A stretch of 63,117 nucleotides of DNA, filler included, from Sphacelaria rigidula (lineage: Eukaryota): assembly GCA_964200075.2 (NCBI GenBank). It is 11 parts of 11 records of this genome, joined end to end, with 100 filler letters (N's around TTAATTAATTAA, not from the genome) between each part and the next. Parts side by side here need not be neighbours in the genome. Positions count along the whole stretch, not along the records: positions 57,471 to 63,117 come from CAXNAA020025590.1; 10 more parts are not named here. The stretch is one strand, 5' to 3'. Positions 60,490 through 63,117 of the stretch are shown here, in pieces; position 1 is the stretch's first letter, and each line of letters opens with the position of its first letter. Position numbers and translations under genes: made by a program. A model generated the notes under the pieces. It made no database searches and was not told the origin of the DNA. It worked only from the letters and a program-made list of their open reading frames with translations.

Positions 60490-63052
60490 GCAGTGTTACA
60501 ACACCTGTCAACGAGGCGAATGACCTGTTACGTGAGGTTGACAAACCTGTCTGAATATAATTGACTATCGTGGCTTGTGTATAAAATACACAGTGTTCAA
60601 CTGTCAGTAGGCAGGAGCAATCGGTTCAACTGGTGAACCCAGCTCTAACAAGAGAGCTCGCAGAGGCTGCACAGTGTTGGTTAAACACTTGTTTGTGCGA
60701 GAGAGAAGATGCTTAAACTTGCCGCTTTATCTGGGCATTACTTAAATCAAACACAATCAGTCTCTACTCTTAGAACACTGATAACAAACTGGTGGCTTCC
60801 TCGAGGTGGGTCGCTTTGGAGAGTAAACAGCGTGGGACTATTTCACTCTGTCGACGAAACTCTTGGAGACTATAAAGCAGTCCATCCAAACTGTTGATAC
60901 CTGAGACTCTTGGTACTCAACCCTTCAATATTCTGACAATATGCTGACTCTTTGTATACGAGCTATGCAATACATGAACTATTCAGTATTCTATGATGAA
61001 TATCTCACACACTGCACTACTTCGGTTTTTCCGACGATCTTTATCCTAACGATGAACCGTTGCTGGTTGTACCGCTAATCTCGAGTATGTATATTCGGAA
61101 GTGTTATTTCTCAACTTCCAGCAAGCAGCAGCGCTCGAAGCCCAATTTCGGGATGCGTGCTCCCTGTCTGCACCGTACACGTGCGCTGTATATTGCATTC
61201 ATATTTTGTGTTGAAGAACGGATTCGAATAAATGCATGGAAGCGTTTCACCGGCAGTCCAAACGTTTAGAAGGCATATACTGTTCTGCTAGGTTTGTGAC
61301 TTCACATGGATTACATGCGACCATCCGGGACATCAGTATCGTCATTTGTATGTATTGCCTGGCCCCCACATTTGGACGCGAGACACGCGGAGTTCTTCGT
61401 ATCCGGCGAAAACTCCGACTCCATAGCTTGCATTTTTTTACATTTCTCCTCGTTCGTACCGCCCTTCTCGCTTTCACGGGTCTCGGGTGTCGAAGAGAAA
61501 GCGGGAAAGTTGTCGGCGTCACCCGCCGGGGGCAGGCATCCTTCAGATCCATCGTATGTTCAGTCGTTTAATCAGTAGGTATAGGACGAAGGGTTGGACT
61601 ATCCTTCCCGTCAGTCTGCATGGATTTCGAACAGGAAAACGGGAAAGAAGAACGAAGAAACACAAAATGTTTCGTGTGGAGTGCGGCGAGGGGCCCTGTA
61701 GCGGGTAATGGCTGCACCACCGCCCCCCAGGCCGCGAAAACCTCAGTCTGGGGTTGGAGGAGGGGTAGGGGGGGGTACCCGATTTCATGGGGGGATAACG
61801 CCCTGATCGCTGGATGATGGTGTTTGTAGTTGATCCACTGCACCGCACGTGTATTAATCTCACGCAAAGGTTACATGTGTCATACCCTTCGATCTCACGC
61901 CGATTACATTTCATAGCTGCCGCTACCTCGATGTGAGAAACTCCTTTTCGCCACACCACGTCCACGACATTCCCCTTCGCAACCTCTGCCTCTCTTGTGT
62001 CTCACAGTGCAGTATGAATTGCGATATGTAGATATAGGCGTTGTATGAACACGGCTATCTGCCCAAACGCGGGCGAAGTACGTGACCATCTGCAATTCAG
62101 ACATCATTGTGAACGTCTATTATATAGCATTTCCGTGTCGGCTCGTAACACTGCACAGTCAACTCACTGCATGTAAATTTCAGTCATTCAGTCGCAGTAC
62201 AGAACTATTCGTCGTACACCGCCTTCCTCAGCATGGCGGCCGTATCACTGAGATAGTGTCAGGTCGGTAGCGACCGGTCGGTAGCGACCGGTCTTGCAAA
62301 AGCTAGCGGGACTCGATATTCATCATCCGGTGATCACCCCCACTCTAAAGACATTTTCCAGCCGGCAAATTTGCTCCCCGAGGGCCACAAGAACGGCTGA
62401 CACACCCAAACTCCTCGGTTTTGGGCAGCTCACCTTGAGGTGAACCCGGAGATATGTAAATGATCGTTCAATTCCGTATACTAGTGGAGAAATAGGAAGA
62501 ATAAGGTTTTCCCCAATTTGATTTGGTCTTTTCCTCATTCTCGACTGCGGGGGGGGAAGGGGGGCGGGTGGCGGTCGTGCAGCCATTTCCCGATATGGGG
62601 CCCCTCGGGTGCGGTGGGGTTTGAGGGTGCAGGGTTTTAATTGTTTGGTTTTCGGTACAAGGTGAGGACAAAATGATGCCAGATGCACCCGGTGACATGT
62701 GTTGGCTCTTCATACGAAATACACTACTGCCATTCCTTGCGCGTCTTGGGGCTAATTGGCAAAGTGGATACATTGTTTGCCCACCTCGGTAGTGGTGTCC
62801 GTAGTGTGTGATACTGTCTACGAGCACGCCGACTTCATTGTTTGCGGGCTGTCCTTTTTCCGTACCACATGGTTGAGTACGTGCGTGAGGTTTCTCAGTA
62901 AACGCAAAATTTACGGGTTCAAATCTTTACCCCTTAGACAGCTAGCCTCGCTTCGGAACAGGTTCACAGGCTGACAGTGCGGAGACATCCGGGGGTTTCC
63001 AGTGGGCGGGAGGGGGGTTTCTAGGGGAAGGAGGGTCTACCCGCAGAGTAGC

Positions 63053-63080
63053 GGGGGGGGGGGGGGGGGGGGGGGGGGGG
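63053..63080. repeat. Poly-G tract
   Basis: G-run near the contig end. Confidence 0.9.
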
Positions 63081-63117
63081 TTGTTGTTTTGGCTGTTTGG
63101 GGGTGGGTGGGTTGGAG

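Overview
This window is not one locus. It is eleven unrelated contigs of exactly 5,647 bp each, joined by ten 100-bp artificial spacers (N44-TTAATTAATTAA-N44). The sequence is eukaryotic, repeat-rich and mostly intronic or intergenic. A brown alga (Phaeophyceae, Ectocarpus-like) is inferred from a 72-nt phase-1 LRR exon, the splice-site style and the look of the retroelement remnants. Most of the short ORFs in the track are spurious. Supported content: (1) a decayed Ty1/Copia element carrying three nested DNA-transposon insertions; (2) two decayed Ty3/Gypsy elements, and none of the three LTR elements shows a recognisable RT core; (3) two LINE remnants; (4) several non-autonomous TIR/foldback families; (5) minisatellites and microsatellites; (6) a few host exons (the 5' end of a secreted protein, an LRR exon and one large unassigned exon). 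The most unusual signals are a ~200-bp MITE family with TGT...ACA 37-bp TIRs, 4-5-bp TSDs and an internal TTAGGG-like tract (7 copies), a short element family always anchored on a poly-G/poly-C tract, and a near-perfect 293-bp hairpin. I see no intact novel multi-gene system. All family assignments are by eye and need database confirmation.
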